Translations under genes and position numbers: made by a program
Notes under the pieces: model-generated
Told to the model about the DNA's origin: nothing
Databases searched by the model: none
The model's input: only the letters and a program-made list of their open reading frames with translations
NCBI GenBank assembly: GCA_964650455.1
Contig: CAZYTV010000003.1
Location: 1 to 51,461 of the forward strand
DNA: 51,461 nucleotides
Direction of reading: 5' to 3'
DNA from: an uncultured Chitinophaga sp.
GTDB lineage: Bacteria; Bacteroidota; Bacteroidia; Chitinophagales; Chitinophagaceae
Shown here: piece by piece, positions 20,401 through 29,932 of the stretch
How the letters are laid out: each line of letters opens with the position of its first letter
Numbering within the stretch: position 1 is the first letter of the stretch

Positions 20401-20811
20401 GAGGAACTGCTGAAAAGTTCAACGCAAAAGAAATTTAATTTCTGTCAGTCGGTGATTGCCTGGAATGAAGGGCATGGAAAATTCAGGGTTGGCGTACTGC
20501 CGGTTTGGGTTCAGTTCTCCAGTCTGAATGCTATTGAGATGACAGATATCAATGAGGATAAGCTGCCTGACCTTATTTTAGGGGGCAATAAGTTCAGCTT
20601 TCCGCCGCAGTTTGGCCGGCTGGATGGAAGTTATGGCCAGCTTTTACTGAATGAAGGGAAAGAGAAATTCAATTTTGTGCAGCAACGCATCTCGGGTTTA
20701 TATCGCAGGGGGGAAGTCAAAGGCATCCGGTCCATCCGGATTAACGGACAGCAATCCCTGCTCTTTGCTGTAAACAATGATAAACCTGTCGTTTATCGGG
20801 TAAAAAAATAA
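17473..20811 (+). CDS. FG-GAP/VCBS-ASPIC/UnbV lipoprotein, copy 2 (close paralog of copy 1)
   Basis: Lipobox FFSC; same repeat and ASPIC architecture; long near-identical blocks shared with copy 1. Confidence 0.9.
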   Translation: MRRNRFLIIWLPGLLLLFFSCGKNKKAGNTLFTLLDSTVTGISFTNTVIDNEADNSFRFRNFYNGGGVGLGDINNDGQADVILTSNMGENKVYLNKGGMKFEDITSKTGFRQDSMWSTGVVLVDINHDGWLDIYICNSGRINDGHRLNQLYINNQDLSFTETAKAYGLDHAGFCTQASFFDYDLDGDLDCLLINNSPLPFSSLNYGNMRDASLDQWQVNKELKGGGNHLYRNENNYFTEVTKEAGLHTGLISFGLGVSVGDINNDGYPDIYVGNDFIEKDYLYINQQDGSFRDEGEDRLQHMSMSSMSTDLADINNDGHLDIFTTDMIPDDDYRLKTTGTFDNIDLYNSKLKAGLYHQYVRNALQVNDGTGHFTEIANYANVFGTDWSWGAIFLDADNDGLNDIYVCNGINRDLTDLDFLDFFSNDIYRQSQQTSGAASISDMLKRIPVTPLPNRVFQNKGDFVFEDAGNKWGFETPSFSNSVAYADLDNDGDLDLVVNNENQLSFIYRNNSREQTGNNYVALKLKGRKGNEFAMGTKIKVYSGDQLFYREQAPSRGFQSCVDYQQVIGLGKISKIDSIELIWPDRSYNRYYDVRLNTLREFVQPDLPGPLAYGKMQTQPVLLIADSSGMEAHTEDEYIDFYYERNLPASLSKEGPAMSVGDVNGDGLEDVFMGGGKGQSAQLYEQTAKGTFRKKEQPEFKLYADFEDVASLFFDADKDGDLDLFIGAGGNNMENGSREAQHRLFKNDGQGNFKIDVRAFPDNDMNIAVAVNNDYDGDGDEDLFVGSRSVPFQYGANPKSYVYNNDGQGHFTDITRQLNNELSQRGMITGAAWTDITGDGKKELIIVGEWMTPVIYEYHRKKNKLLELKQTGLEELYGWWQTMKSCDLNGDGLTDLVLGNIGENFYLRPDKEHPVKLWLNDFDKTGSRDHFLTRNMAGRDLPVFLKREITDQFPALKKENLLHSDYAKKDMKGLFGEELLKSSTQKKFNFCQSVIAWNEGHGKFRVGVLPVWVQFSSLNAIEMTDINEDKLPDLILGGNKFSFPPQFGRLDGSYGQLLLNEGKEKFNFVQQRISGLYRRGEVKGIRSIRINGQQSLLFAVNNDKPVVYRVKK

Positions 20812-20825
20812 GACATTCGTAATAC

Positions 20826-23800
20826 GTGAAGAAAAACAGATTTATATTTCATTTCATTTTATACAACCTGTTCGCTGCAGGGCTGTTGCTTTCTGGCTGT
20901 TCCGGTAAAATGAAAATCAAAGACCCGCTTTTTCGTTCATTGGGAAGTAAAACCACCGGTATTGGTTTCCGGAATGATCTGGTGTACACGAAAGAGTTTA
21001 ATCTCTTTAAGTATATGTATTTCTATAACGGCAGCGGACTCGGAGCAGGTGATTTTAATAAGGATGGGAAAACTGATCTTTTTTTTGGTTCCAACCAGGG
21101 ACAGAATAAACTTTACCTTAACCAGGGGGATTTAAAATTTTCAGATAAAACAACGGATGCCGCCATTCCTGATGACGGGGGCTGGACCACCGGTATATCA
21201 GTCGTGGATATCAATAATGATGGCTGGCCCGATATCTATGTCTGCCGTGTTGGGAATTTTGAAACACTGAAAGGAAAAAACCAGCTCCTGGTCAATAAGG
21301 GGAATAACAAAGACGGTGTTCCGGTTTTTGCTGATGAAGCCGCTGCATACGGACTTGATTTTTCCGGTTTCAGTACCCAGTCCGCTTTTTTTGATTTTGA
21401 CCTCGATGGAGACCTGGATATGTTGCTGATGAATCACTCCGTACATCAGAACGGCACTTTCAAACCCCGGGCGGAATTTCTGAATACCTTTCATCCTTTA
21501 TCCGGCGACCGGTTTTACCGCAATGACAGCGGAAAGTATGTTGATATCACCCGGGAAGTGGGTATCCAGAGTTCAGCAATCGGTTATGGACTGGGTATCG
21601 TCATCAGCGATCTGAACTTGGATGGCTATCCCGATATCTATATCGGGAATGATTTTCATGAAAATGATTATCTCTACATCAACCAGGGCAATGGAACCTT
21701 CAAAGATGAATGCCAGCAACGGGTCATGCATACCAGCCAGTTCTCGATGGGTGTGGATGCGGCGGATATTAATAATGATGGCTGGCCGGAAATCGTATCC
21801 GTGGATATGCTGCCATCGGATCCTTATATACTGAAGCGCTCCCTGGGCGAGGACACCTGGGATATCTTCAATTTCAAGATTGGTGCAGGCTATGCGCACC
21901 AGTACACCCGGAATAACCTGCAGCTGAGTCAACGGAACGGGCATTACAGTGAGACCGGCTTATATAGTGGTATTGCTGCCACCGACTGGAGCTGGGCCCC
22001 CCTGTGGATGGATTTTGATAATGATGGCCGTAAGGACCTGTTTATCTCCAACGGGATACCCAAGCGGATGAATGATATCGACTATGTGAACTTTGTGTCC
22101 AATGAAGAGATCCAGCAGCGGATCAACAGCAATTCGATGAATGATAAGAACATGGCCCTGATCAGCAAGTTTCCGGAGATCAAACTGCCGAATAAATTCT
22201 TCAGCAATAACGGCGACCTGTCTTTTACGGATGATGAAACCCGGGTGGAAGGGAATGAAGCCACTTATTCTAACGGGGCGGTATATGCGGATTTTGATAA
22301 TGACGGAGACCTGGATATTGCGGTGAACAATATCAATGCGGAAGCCCTGCTGTATGAAAACCAAACCGCTGTTTCCGGGGAGCATTCATCTCTCCGGCTG
22401 AAGCTGGAAGGCCCGGCCGGTAACCGCAATGCCATCGGCAGCCGGTTGATTCTTTTCTCGGGCAGTGAAATTAAAACTTGGGACAAATACCCGGTAAGGG
22501 GTTTTATCTCCTCCATGGAAACCGATTTGATGATCGGACTGAAAAACACCAAAGTGGATTCCATGTTTTTGTTGTGGCCCGATAATCATTACCTGCGGAT
22601 TAAACCAGACACAGTAAAAGGGGAAATGAGTTTCCGCTATACTTCCGGACTCCCCATATTCGATTTTAACAAGGTGCGGAATTTTTATCCACTGACCGGT
22701 TCTCCTGTAACAGATATTACAAAAGCAACCGGGATTGATTACCTGCATACAGAAAACCGCTTTGCCGAATTTGACCGTGAGCCCTTGTTACCGCATATGT
22801 TTTCCACGGAGAGTCCGGCCCTTGCCATCGGCGATATGAATAAGGATGGTCTTGATGATGTGTTTATTGGCGGAGCAAGAAACGAAGCAGATGTGGTTTT
22901 CCTGCAAAAGGCTTCCGGCCGGTTTATCAGGTCTTTTCAACCGGCACTGGAAGCAGACAGTGTGTACGAGACTACTGATGCGCTCTGGGTGGATCTGAAT
23001 AATGATGGTTACTCGGACCTGGTGGCCGTGAGCGGGGGAAATGAATTTTACGGCGAGGATCTGCATAATATGCCGAGGGTCTATCTTAATGCCAAAGACG
23101 GAATACTGCGGAAGAAAGAAGATGCTTTTACTGGTTTATTCCTGACAGCTGCAGCAGTGACAGCAGATGATTTTACCGGCGACGGATTTGCCGATCTGTT
23201 TATCGGCAGCCGTACCATTCCCTTTGAGTATGGTCGGATTCCTTCCTCTTATTTACTGGTTAATGACGGACAGGGAAAATTTACAGACCGTACGGATCAA
23301 TATGCACCGGGACTGAAACAGGCGGGTTTTGTAACCAGTGCACAATGGCTGGACCTGGATGGAGATCAGAAAAAAGACCTGCTCTGTACCTATGAATGGG
23401 GAGTACCTACTGCCTGGGTATGGCAGCAGGGTCAATTGACTCAAAAAGAAATAACAGGACATAAAGGCTGGTGGAATTTTATGTTGCCGGCCGATCTCGA
23501 TAATGATGGCGATACCGATTTCATAGCCGGTAACCTTGGACTGAACTCCCGGCTGAAAGCCAGTAAGGAAGAACCGGTACGACTGTATGTGAATGATTTT
23601 GACAATAACGGAAAAAAAGAACAAGTGCTCACCTATTACCTGCAGGGAAAGGAAATCCCGTTTGCCAATAAAGCCGAATTGGAAAAGCAGATGCCGGGGT
23701 TGAAAAAGAAATATCTGTATGCCGCCGATTTTGCCAAAGCAAGGCTCAATGAATTATTCAGTCCTGAGAAACTCAGTACCTCAGCCCGCTATACTGCGGA

Positions 23801-24167
23801 TTATTTTTCCAATGCGGTATTGATCAATAAGGGCAATCTTCATTTTGAACTGATCGCCCTCCCTGATGAAGCACAGCTAACGGAGCTGAGAACGGCGGTC
23901 GTGCTGGATGCGAACAAGGACGGGTTACCGGATATATTGATTGGCGGAAATTTCTATGAGAACAATATTGAAATGGGACGTTATGATGCGGGATATGGCA
24001 CACTCTTACTCAACCGGGGCAATGGGGCTTTTACAACAGAAGCACTCAACGGACTTTCGATCAAAGGGCAGGTACGTCATATTGCCCCGCTGATGATCAA
24101 TAAGCAACCTGCTTATTTCCTCGCCATGAACAATGACACAGCCAGGGTGATCCGGTTTCAGCAATAA
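20826..24167 (+). CDS. FG-GAP/VCBS-ASPIC/UnbV lipoprotein, copy 3 (more divergent)
   Basis: GTG start; lipobox LSGC; YFYNGSG..AGD, TDWSWAP, NAIGSRL...RGFISS...LWPD. Confidence 0.9.
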   Translation: MKKNRFIFHFILYNLFAAGLLLSGCSGKMKIKDPLFRSLGSKTTGIGFRNDLVYTKEFNLFKYMYFYNGSGLGAGDFNKDGKTDLFFGSNQGQNKLYLNQGDLKFSDKTTDAAIPDDGGWTTGISVVDINNDGWPDIYVCRVGNFETLKGKNQLLVNKGNNKDGVPVFADEAAAYGLDFSGFSTQSAFFDFDLDGDLDMLLMNHSVHQNGTFKPRAEFLNTFHPLSGDRFYRNDSGKYVDITREVGIQSSAIGYGLGIVISDLNLDGYPDIYIGNDFHENDYLYINQGNGTFKDECQQRVMHTSQFSMGVDAADINNDGWPEIVSVDMLPSDPYILKRSLGEDTWDIFNFKIGAGYAHQYTRNNLQLSQRNGHYSETGLYSGIAATDWSWAPLWMDFDNDGRKDLFISNGIPKRMNDIDYVNFVSNEEIQQRINSNSMNDKNMALISKFPEIKLPNKFFSNNGDLSFTDDETRVEGNEATYSNGAVYADFDNDGDLDIAVNNINAEALLYENQTAVSGEHSSLRLKLEGPAGNRNAIGSRLILFSGSEIKTWDKYPVRGFISSMETDLMIGLKNTKVDSMFLLWPDNHYLRIKPDTVKGEMSFRYTSGLPIFDFNKVRNFYPLTGSPVTDITKATGIDYLHTENRFAEFDREPLLPHMFSTESPALAIGDMNKDGLDDVFIGGARNEADVVFLQKASGRFIRSFQPALEADSVYETTDALWVDLNNDGYSDLVAVSGGNEFYGEDLHNMPRVYLNAKDGILRKKEDAFTGLFLTAAAVTADDFTGDGFADLFIGSRTIPFEYGRIPSSYLLVNDGQGKFTDRTDQYAPGLKQAGFVTSAQWLDLDGDQKKDLLCTYEWGVPTAWVWQQGQLTQKEITGHKGWWNFMLPADLDNDGDTDFIAGNLGLNSRLKASKEEPVRLYVNDFDNNGKKEQVLTYYLQGKEIPFANKAELEKQMPGLKKKYLYAADFAKARLNELFSPEKLSTSARYTADYFSNAVLINKGNLHFELIALPDEAQLTELRTAVVLDANKDGLPDILIGGNFYENNIEMGRYDAGYGTLLLNRGNGAFTTEALNGLSIKGQVRHIAPLMINKQPAYFLAMNNDTARVIRFQQ

Positions 24168-24174
24168 ATGATGA

Positions 24175-25113
24175 TTAAATGACCGGGTAGTAAATCCGGG
24201 TGATCCATTTGCTACTGTCTTTTTCCTGTAAGCGGTCTGTGACCATTGACTCAAATGGAATTGCGGGAGCAATCCGTTTATAATCGGTGACATAGTGACT
24301 CACCTGGATATAGGCTTTCTTTATTTCTTCAGGTCCGCCTTTTACTTCCGTGATCAGGATATTACCACCACCCAGCATCCATTTGTAATGAATGGCTCCG
24401 GTGTCCGGCAACCGCCGGTTTACCGGGATGGCAACTCTTAACTCATAGTTTAAACTGTCGCGGGTGAAAATATTCAGCATAGGATGACCGGTGGCTTCAG
24501 CTTTTTGTGCCTGAATAAATTCATTCAGTTTTTTCACCAGGGCATATACCTGTTCAGTAGCGGGCAGGCCTTTTGTTACCGAGGACATATACACCAGATT
24601 CGAATCCACCACTTTTTCTTTCCGGATATCATACCCATACAGTTTCGAGACTGCACTATAATTTGTATTGATTGCCTGCAGTATAGTTGCGAAATGGTCT
24701 TTGATCTTTACCGCTTTCATATAAGCGGCGACCCGGCGAAAGGGATTATTTGAACCGGGAATACTGGTTTCCACATGCAGTAGACTGGAATCTGTTTTAT
24801 TGGCAATCAGCGTCAGCTCGGCGGTGGTTTGCACCGCTCCTTCTTTAATGGAAAAGGATAATGACAGCATTTTCTGTTCTAATGGCTGAAAGAGGCCCCC
24901 GTTCAGTTCCCACGCACCGGTTGCATCTGCAGTCTTGCTGCCAGGCCACCATTCCGGCCAGCTTGCCGGCTGACTTAGTTTACGATAAAGTCCTTCTTTA
25001 TTTGCCTCAACCCGGATCGTCTGACTGATTTTCAGGTTGGAAGGTATAAACAGATAGATGGAACCCAATGCCAGTCCCAGTAAAATGATGCTGATCAGTA
25101 TCCCTTTTTTCAT
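24175..25113 (-). CDS. Membrane-anchored SRPBCC-like + GyrI-like small-molecule-binding protein
   Basis: N-terminal TM segment, W.EWWP, C-terminal VKGGP..IKKAY...FESMVTD.....W.TRIYYPV GyrI-like signature. Confidence 0.7.
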   Translation of the reverse strand: MKKGILISIILLGLALGSIYLFIPSNLKISQTIRVEANKEGLYRKLSQPASWPEWWPGSKTADATGAWELNGGLFQPLEQKMLSLSFSIKEGAVQTTAELTLIANKTDSSLLHVETSIPGSNNPFRRVAAYMKAVKIKDHFATILQAINTNYSAVSKLYGYDIRKEKVVDSNLVYMSSVTKGLPATEQVYALVKKLNEFIQAQKAEATGHPMLNIFTRDSLNYELRVAIPVNRRLPDTGAIHYKWMLGGGNILITEVKGGPEEIKKAYIQVSHYVTDYKRIAPAIPFESMVTDRLQEKDSSKWITRIYYPVI

Positions 25114-25253
25114 ACGTGCAGTCTTTCTTTCTCAGCGTGAAAAATAATACATCTCCCAATAACCACCCAAATCCTTTTTGATTGAACGGGTTTGGTTAGA
25201 GCGCTGGAACTTAATTCATTTCATGGAAGAAAACCCGGCCTCAATTTCCCAAC

Positions 25254-25267
25254 AACAAACGTTTGCA
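25254..25267. promoter_or_regulatory. LacI-type operator upstream of the sucrose/alpha-glucoside operon
   Basis: aaCAAACGTTTGca, with a perfect 10-bp core at 25256-25265. Confidence 0.7.
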
Positions 25268-25341
25268 ACCAGCCCGGCCCCCTCAGTTCAGTACGGAACT
25301 CCCTGCTGTTTTTTGTATTTTCCGGGTCCAAACGATTGCTT

Positions 25342-26829
25342 ATGACATTGGCAAAACCACGGTTAAGTTTCTGGCAGATCATTAACATGAATGTGGGCTT
25401 TTTCGGCATTCAGTACAGTTTTGGTTTGCAACAAAGTGCCGTGAACCCTATTTATGATTTTCTGGGGGCAAAGCCGGATGAAATTCCCTGGCTCAATCTG
25501 GCCGGACCATTAACCGGACTTGTCATTCAGCCGATCATTGGAGCCCTGAGCGATAAAACCTGGCACCCACGCTTCGGCAGAAGAACTCCCTACTTTTTTA
25601 TTGGTGCCATGATCTGCAGTATCGCCCTCTTTCTTTTTCCCTTCAGCAGCGCTTTATGGATGGCCGCCGGTTTATTGTGGTTACTGGATGCAGGCAACAA
25701 TACGGCCATGGAACCCTACCGGGCTTTTATTGCTGATAAGCTGGACCCTTCCCAGCAGCCGACCGGGTTCCAGGCACAGAGTTTTTTTACCGGCTTTGGA
25801 CAGACCCTGGCGAATGTCTCACTGTTTATATTTCCGCTGATCTTTATTGGTAAAACCGGCAAGCTACCCACCTGGGTATTTGCCTCATTTTTCCTGGGGG
25901 CTGTATGTTCCATCGTTTCTATCTGGTGGAGTGTGAGAACCACCCCGGAAATCGCGCCCGATGAAAATGAACTCGCATTGATCAAAGAAAAGAACAGGGG
26001 GATGCCGCATCCTGCCGTACAGTTTTTCTTATCCATACTGACCACACTGATCGCGTACGCGGTGATTGCTGTTTTACTGATACCTTCTTTAGTGATGCCC
26101 GGACTGATCCGGAAAATGCTGAGTTATGTGGAAGCACATCCCACCCTGAAAATACTTTTTGCACAGAATATTGAAATCATCGATGCCATCACTCAGATGC
26201 CCAAAGTAATGTGGCAACTGGCACTGGTCTACCTGTTTCAATGGTATGCCCTGTTTTGTTACTGGCAAAACTCTTCAAAAAGTATCGCTTTGTCTGTCTG
26301 GAATACGACCCCGGAACAAAACAGTGAGTTGTATGAGAAAGCCGTTGGCTGGACCGGCCTGGTGAATGGCTGGTATAATATTGTCACTTTCCTGTGTGCC
26401 TTTGGCCTGGTCTGGTTTGCCCGCCGTTTTTCACCGAAGCTGGTGCATTTCGGTTGTTTAATACTGGCCGGTATTGGCTTACTGGTTTTCCCCTTTATAG
26501 AAAACAAATACCTGTTGTTTCCGGCCATTACCGGTTTTGGAATTGGCTGGGCCAGTATGATGGGTATTCCTTACCTGATTGTGGTCAGTAAGATTCCAAA
26601 GGAACGTTATGGGGTGTATATGGGAGTGATCAATATGATGATCGTGATCCCGATGTTCATACAGACCCTGTCGTTTGGTTATATATTAAAACATTTTCTG
26701 AATAATAATGCTGGTTACGCGATTGCCTTTGCCGGTGTCCTGTTGCTGATCGCCGCTTTGCTGACCCTGCGTATCCAGGCAGATGATCAACCAGTCAGCG
26801 GCGAAGTAAATTTTTCGGCCGGTCATTAA
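25342..26829 (+). CDS. MFS disaccharide transporter (SLC45/GPH-like, maltose/sucrose type)
   Basis: LSFWQIINMNVGFFGIQYSFGLQQ, QPIIGALSD...FGRR.PYF, MEPYRAFIAD, GVYMGVINMMIVIP. Start placed at ATG 25342. Confidence 0.9.
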   Translation: MTLAKPRLSFWQIINMNVGFFGIQYSFGLQQSAVNPIYDFLGAKPDEIPWLNLAGPLTGLVIQPIIGALSDKTWHPRFGRRTPYFFIGAMICSIALFLFPFSSALWMAAGLLWLLDAGNNTAMEPYRAFIADKLDPSQQPTGFQAQSFFTGFGQTLANVSLFIFPLIFIGKTGKLPTWVFASFFLGAVCSIVSIWWSVRTTPEIAPDENELALIKEKNRGMPHPAVQFFLSILTTLIAYAVIAVLLIPSLVMPGLIRKMLSYVEAHPTLKILFAQNIEIIDAITQMPKVMWQLALVYLFQWYALFCYWQNSSKSIALSVWNTTPEQNSELYEKAVGWTGLVNGWYNIVTFLCAFGLVWFARRFSPKLVHFGCLILAGIGLLVFPFIENKYLLFPAITGFGIGWASMMGIPYLIVVSKIPKERYGVYMGVINMMIVIPMFIQTLSFGYILKHFLNNNAGYAIAFAGVLLLIAALLTLRIQADDQPVSGEVNFSAGH

Positions 26830-26840
26830 AAAAGTCTTTT

Positions 26841-28604
26841 ATGAAAAATGTCCGATTCAATCTTGCTGTTTTATGCCTGGTGATCAGCATCACTTCCTGC
26901 AAACTCATGCCCAAAGAAAAAGAGGAAGCGAAGAAAGCCGAAATAAAAAAGACCTGGTGGAAGGAAGCCACCGTGTACCAGATCTATCCGCGCAGTTTCA
27001 AAGACAGTGATGGGGACGGGGTAGGTGACCTCAAAGGAATCATCTCTAAGCTCGATTATATAAAAAGCCTGGGGATTGATGCGGTCTGGCTGAATCCCGT
27101 TTATGCATCTCCCAATAAAGACAATGGCTATGATATCAGTGATTATGAAAATATACAGCCACAGTATGGGACAATGAGTGATTTTGATACCCTGCTGAAG
27201 GGTTTTCATGCCCGGGGAATCAAAGTGATGATGGATATGGTGCTGAATCACTGCAGTGACGAACATAAGTGGTTCCTGGAGGCCAGGAAATCAAGAACCA
27301 GTCCCTATTATAATTATTTCCATTGGTGGCCGGCAGAAAAAGGGGAGCCGCCCTACCGGTTCAGCATTTTTGATGAGAAAGGATATGGCTGGGAATTCAA
27401 TAAAGCAACCAACTCGTATTATCTCCATTATTTCGGCGACTTCCAGCCCGACTTAAACTGGGAAAACCCGGCACTCCGCCAGGACATCTATAAGATGATG
27501 CGCTTCTGGTGCGATAAAGGCGTGGATGGTTTCCGGATGGATGCCCTGGCCTTTATTTCTAAAGATACCAGCTGGCCTTCGAAACTCCCGGATGAATACA
27601 AGGGAAGCTGGCCCATGTATTATGCAAGCGGTCCGCACTTGCATGACTATATCCAGGAAATGAATAAGGAAGTATTAAGCAAATACAATCTGGCTACCGT
27701 GGCTGAAGCCATGGGCGATATTCCCCGCGTGAAAAAATTTGTAGATGAAGACCGCAAGGAACTGAATATGGCTTATCATTTTGAAGCAATTGATTTTGGT
27801 TATTTACCAGGCGAATACAAAATGCCCGATCCGAAGGGCTATGATTTTGTAACATGGAAACAAGTGTATTCCAAATGGGACAGCGCCTTTACGGATAAGG
27901 GATGGGGTACCATGTACCTGGCCAATCATGATCAGCCGCGAATGCTCACGCGCTGGGGAAATGATAGACCGGAGTACCGCGACTACTCCTCCAAATTACT
28001 GACTACATTTATCCTCAGTATGAGGGCTACCGCTTTTTATTATTTCGGGGATGAGATCGGTATGAACAATATTAAGTTTGACCGGGTGGACCAATACAAT
28101 GATGTGGAATTGCTCACGAATTACGAGCAGGTAAAAGCAAAAGGAGGTGACCTGAAACGTTTTCTCGAAGGCATGAAAATCTCCAGCCGTGACAATGGCC
28201 GCACCCCGATGCAATGGGATACCACGGTGAATGCAGGATTTGGTACTGGTATGCCCTGGCTGCCGGTAAACAGCAATTACAAAATAGTGAATGTGACCGC
28301 CCAGGATAAAGACCCCAACAGTTGTCTGAACTATTTCAGGGCCATGCAAAAACTCCGGAAGGAAAATGAAGTGCTGATATACGGGAAGTTTACTTTATTG
28401 GATAAAGACAATCCGGCCGTGTTTGCTTATACGCGGGAGTGGAAAGGAAAGAAATGGATGGTACTGCTGAATTTTAAAGACAAAGTTGCAACGGTGACCA
28501 CCGGGCTCGACCTGTCAAAGGCAAAAGTGATGATGCATAATTATGCCGCCACTTCCACCAATGGCACACTTAAACCCTATGAAGCGGTGATCTATGAACT
28601 GTAA
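26841..28604 (+). CDS. GH13 alpha-glucosidase (oligo-1,6-glucosidase-like clade), lipoprotein
   Basis: Lipobox ITSC; WWKEATVYQIYPRSF, DNGYD, QPDLN, GFRMDAL, VAEA, NHDQPR, SRDNGRTPMQW. Confidence 0.93.
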   Translation: MKNVRFNLAVLCLVISITSCKLMPKEKEEAKKAEIKKTWWKEATVYQIYPRSFKDSDGDGVGDLKGIISKLDYIKSLGIDAVWLNPVYASPNKDNGYDISDYENIQPQYGTMSDFDTLLKGFHARGIKVMMDMVLNHCSDEHKWFLEARKSRTSPYYNYFHWWPAEKGEPPYRFSIFDEKGYGWEFNKATNSYYLHYFGDFQPDLNWENPALRQDIYKMMRFWCDKGVDGFRMDALAFISKDTSWPSKLPDEYKGSWPMYYASGPHLHDYIQEMNKEVLSKYNLATVAEAMGDIPRVKKFVDEDRKELNMAYHFEAIDFGYLPGEYKMPDPKGYDFVTWKQVYSKWDSAFTDKGWGTMYLANHDQPRMLTRWGNDRPEYRDYSSKLLTTFILSMRATAFYYFGDEIGMNNIKFDRVDQYNDVELLTNYEQVKAKGGDLKRFLEGMKISSRDNGRTPMQWDTTVNAGFGTGMPWLPVNSNYKIVNVTAQDKDPNSCLNYFRAMQKLRKENEVLIYGKFTLLDKDNPAVFAYTREWKGKKWMVLLNFKDKVATVTTGLDLSKAKVMMHNYAATSTNGTLKPYEAVIYEL

Positions 28605-28615
28605 AATGGATAAGC

Positions 28616-29932
28616 ATGAATAAAAAAATTATTACCTGGTCAATCGCAGTGGGTTTGGGCGGTCTTCTGTTCGGCATGGATGTAGCGGTTATTTCTGGTG
28701 CGGAAAAAACGATACAGCAGCTATGGGGGCTGAGCGACTGGGTGCATGGCGTGGCAATTGCCATGGCCTTATTCGGTACCAGCATCGGGGCCGCGTTTGG
28801 CAATATTCCGGCCAACCGGATCGGACGAAAAAAATCACTGATCTGGATCGGTATTTTATTTTTTGTGTCTTCAGTCGGCGCAGCACTGGCGCCCGAAGTG
28901 ATCAGTTTCATGTTCTTCCGGTTTGTCAGCGGATTGAGTATCGGCGCTTCCTCCGTAGTGGCACCGGTTTATATTTCTGAAATTGCTCCGGCAAAATACC
29001 GGGGACGGCTGGTGATTTCTTTCCAGATGAATATTGTGGCAGGTATCCTGCTGGCTTATCTCTCCAACTATCTTTTACAGGGTGTGGGTGGGGAGAATGA
29101 CTGGCGCTGGATGCTGGGTATTGTTGCTTTCCCTTCATTACTTTTCTCTCTGTTCATGGTTTCAGTGCCGGAAACACCAAGGTGGCTGCTCCTGTTTAAA
29201 AATGATGAAGTACAGGCAAGAAAAGTTTTATCCATTACGGAGGATGATCCGGATAAAACCATCCGGGAACTGAAAGCGGCTTCCACACTGCGCAGTGAGC
29301 CGCTGTTCAATAAAAAATTTTACAAACCATTATTACTGGCCTTCCTGCTGGCTACGTTTAACCAGCTTTCAGGCATCAATGCCATTATCTATTTTGCGCC
29401 CCGTGTTTTTGAAATGGCACACATTGAAAAAAGCAGTGCCTTTTTAAGTACGGTGGGTATCGGGGTGATCAACCTGTTCTTTACGGTATTGGGCTGGTCG
29501 CTGATCGATAAATTCGGGCGTCGTACCCTGATGTTTATCGGTTCACTGGGTTATATCGTTTCTCTGGCACTGATCGCCTGGTCTTTTCACACCGGATCGG
29601 GATCCTTCATCGTATATTATGTTTTCCTTTTTATTGCGGCGCATGCGGTAGGACAAGGAGCAGTGATCTGGGTATTTATTGCTGAAATTTTCCCCAATTC
29701 CGTCAGGGCGGCGGGAACTTCCTTTGGCAGTCTGACCCATTGGGCCTGGGCCACCATGATCACCCTGGTCTTTCCTTCCTTCGCGGGTAATCCGCATATT
29801 GGCGGGGCTAAAATCTTTGCGTTCTTTGCGGGCATGATGGTCCTCCAGTTATTGTATGTATGGAAAATGATGCCCGAAACAAAAGGAGTGGCACTGGAGG
29901 ATATGGATAAAAAAACCATCGTACATGTATGA
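28616..29932 (+). CDS. Sugar porter family MFS transporter (hexose, probably fructose/glucose)
   Basis: GGLLFGMD.AVISG, YISEIAP...RG, PETPRWL, NQLSGINAIIYFAP, EIFP, PETKG. Confidence 0.93.
   Translation: MNKKIITWSIAVGLGGLLFGMDVAVISGAEKTIQQLWGLSDWVHGVAIAMALFGTSIGAAFGNIPANRIGRKKSLIWIGILFFVSSVGAALAPEVISFMFFRFVSGLSIGASSVVAPVYISEIAPAKYRGRLVISFQMNIVAGILLAYLSNYLLQGVGGENDWRWMLGIVAFPSLLFSLFMVSVPETPRWLLLFKNDEVQARKVLSITEDDPDKTIRELKAASTLRSEPLFNKKFYKPLLLAFLLATFNQLSGINAIIYFAPRVFEMAHIEKSSAFLSTVGIGVINLFFTVLGWSLIDKFGRRTLMFIGSLGYIVSLALIAWSFHTGSGSFIVYYVFLFIAAHAVGQGAVIWVFIAEIFPNSVRAAGTSFGSLTHWAWATMITLVFPSFAGNPHIGGAKIFAFFAGMMVLQLLYVWKMMPETKGVALEDMDKKTIVHV

Noticed and set aside
14124-24167. Recurrent gatatcaataatgatgg-like DNA repeats as a repeat element
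   Set aside because: They encode the DINNDG FG-GAP protein repeats and vary at synonymous positions.
26841-28604. Sucrose isomerase or trehalose synthase (TreS) call for the GH13 lipoprotein
   Set aside because: No RLDRD-type isomerase motif and no TreS-like DAVPYL region; alpha-glucosidase is the simpler call.
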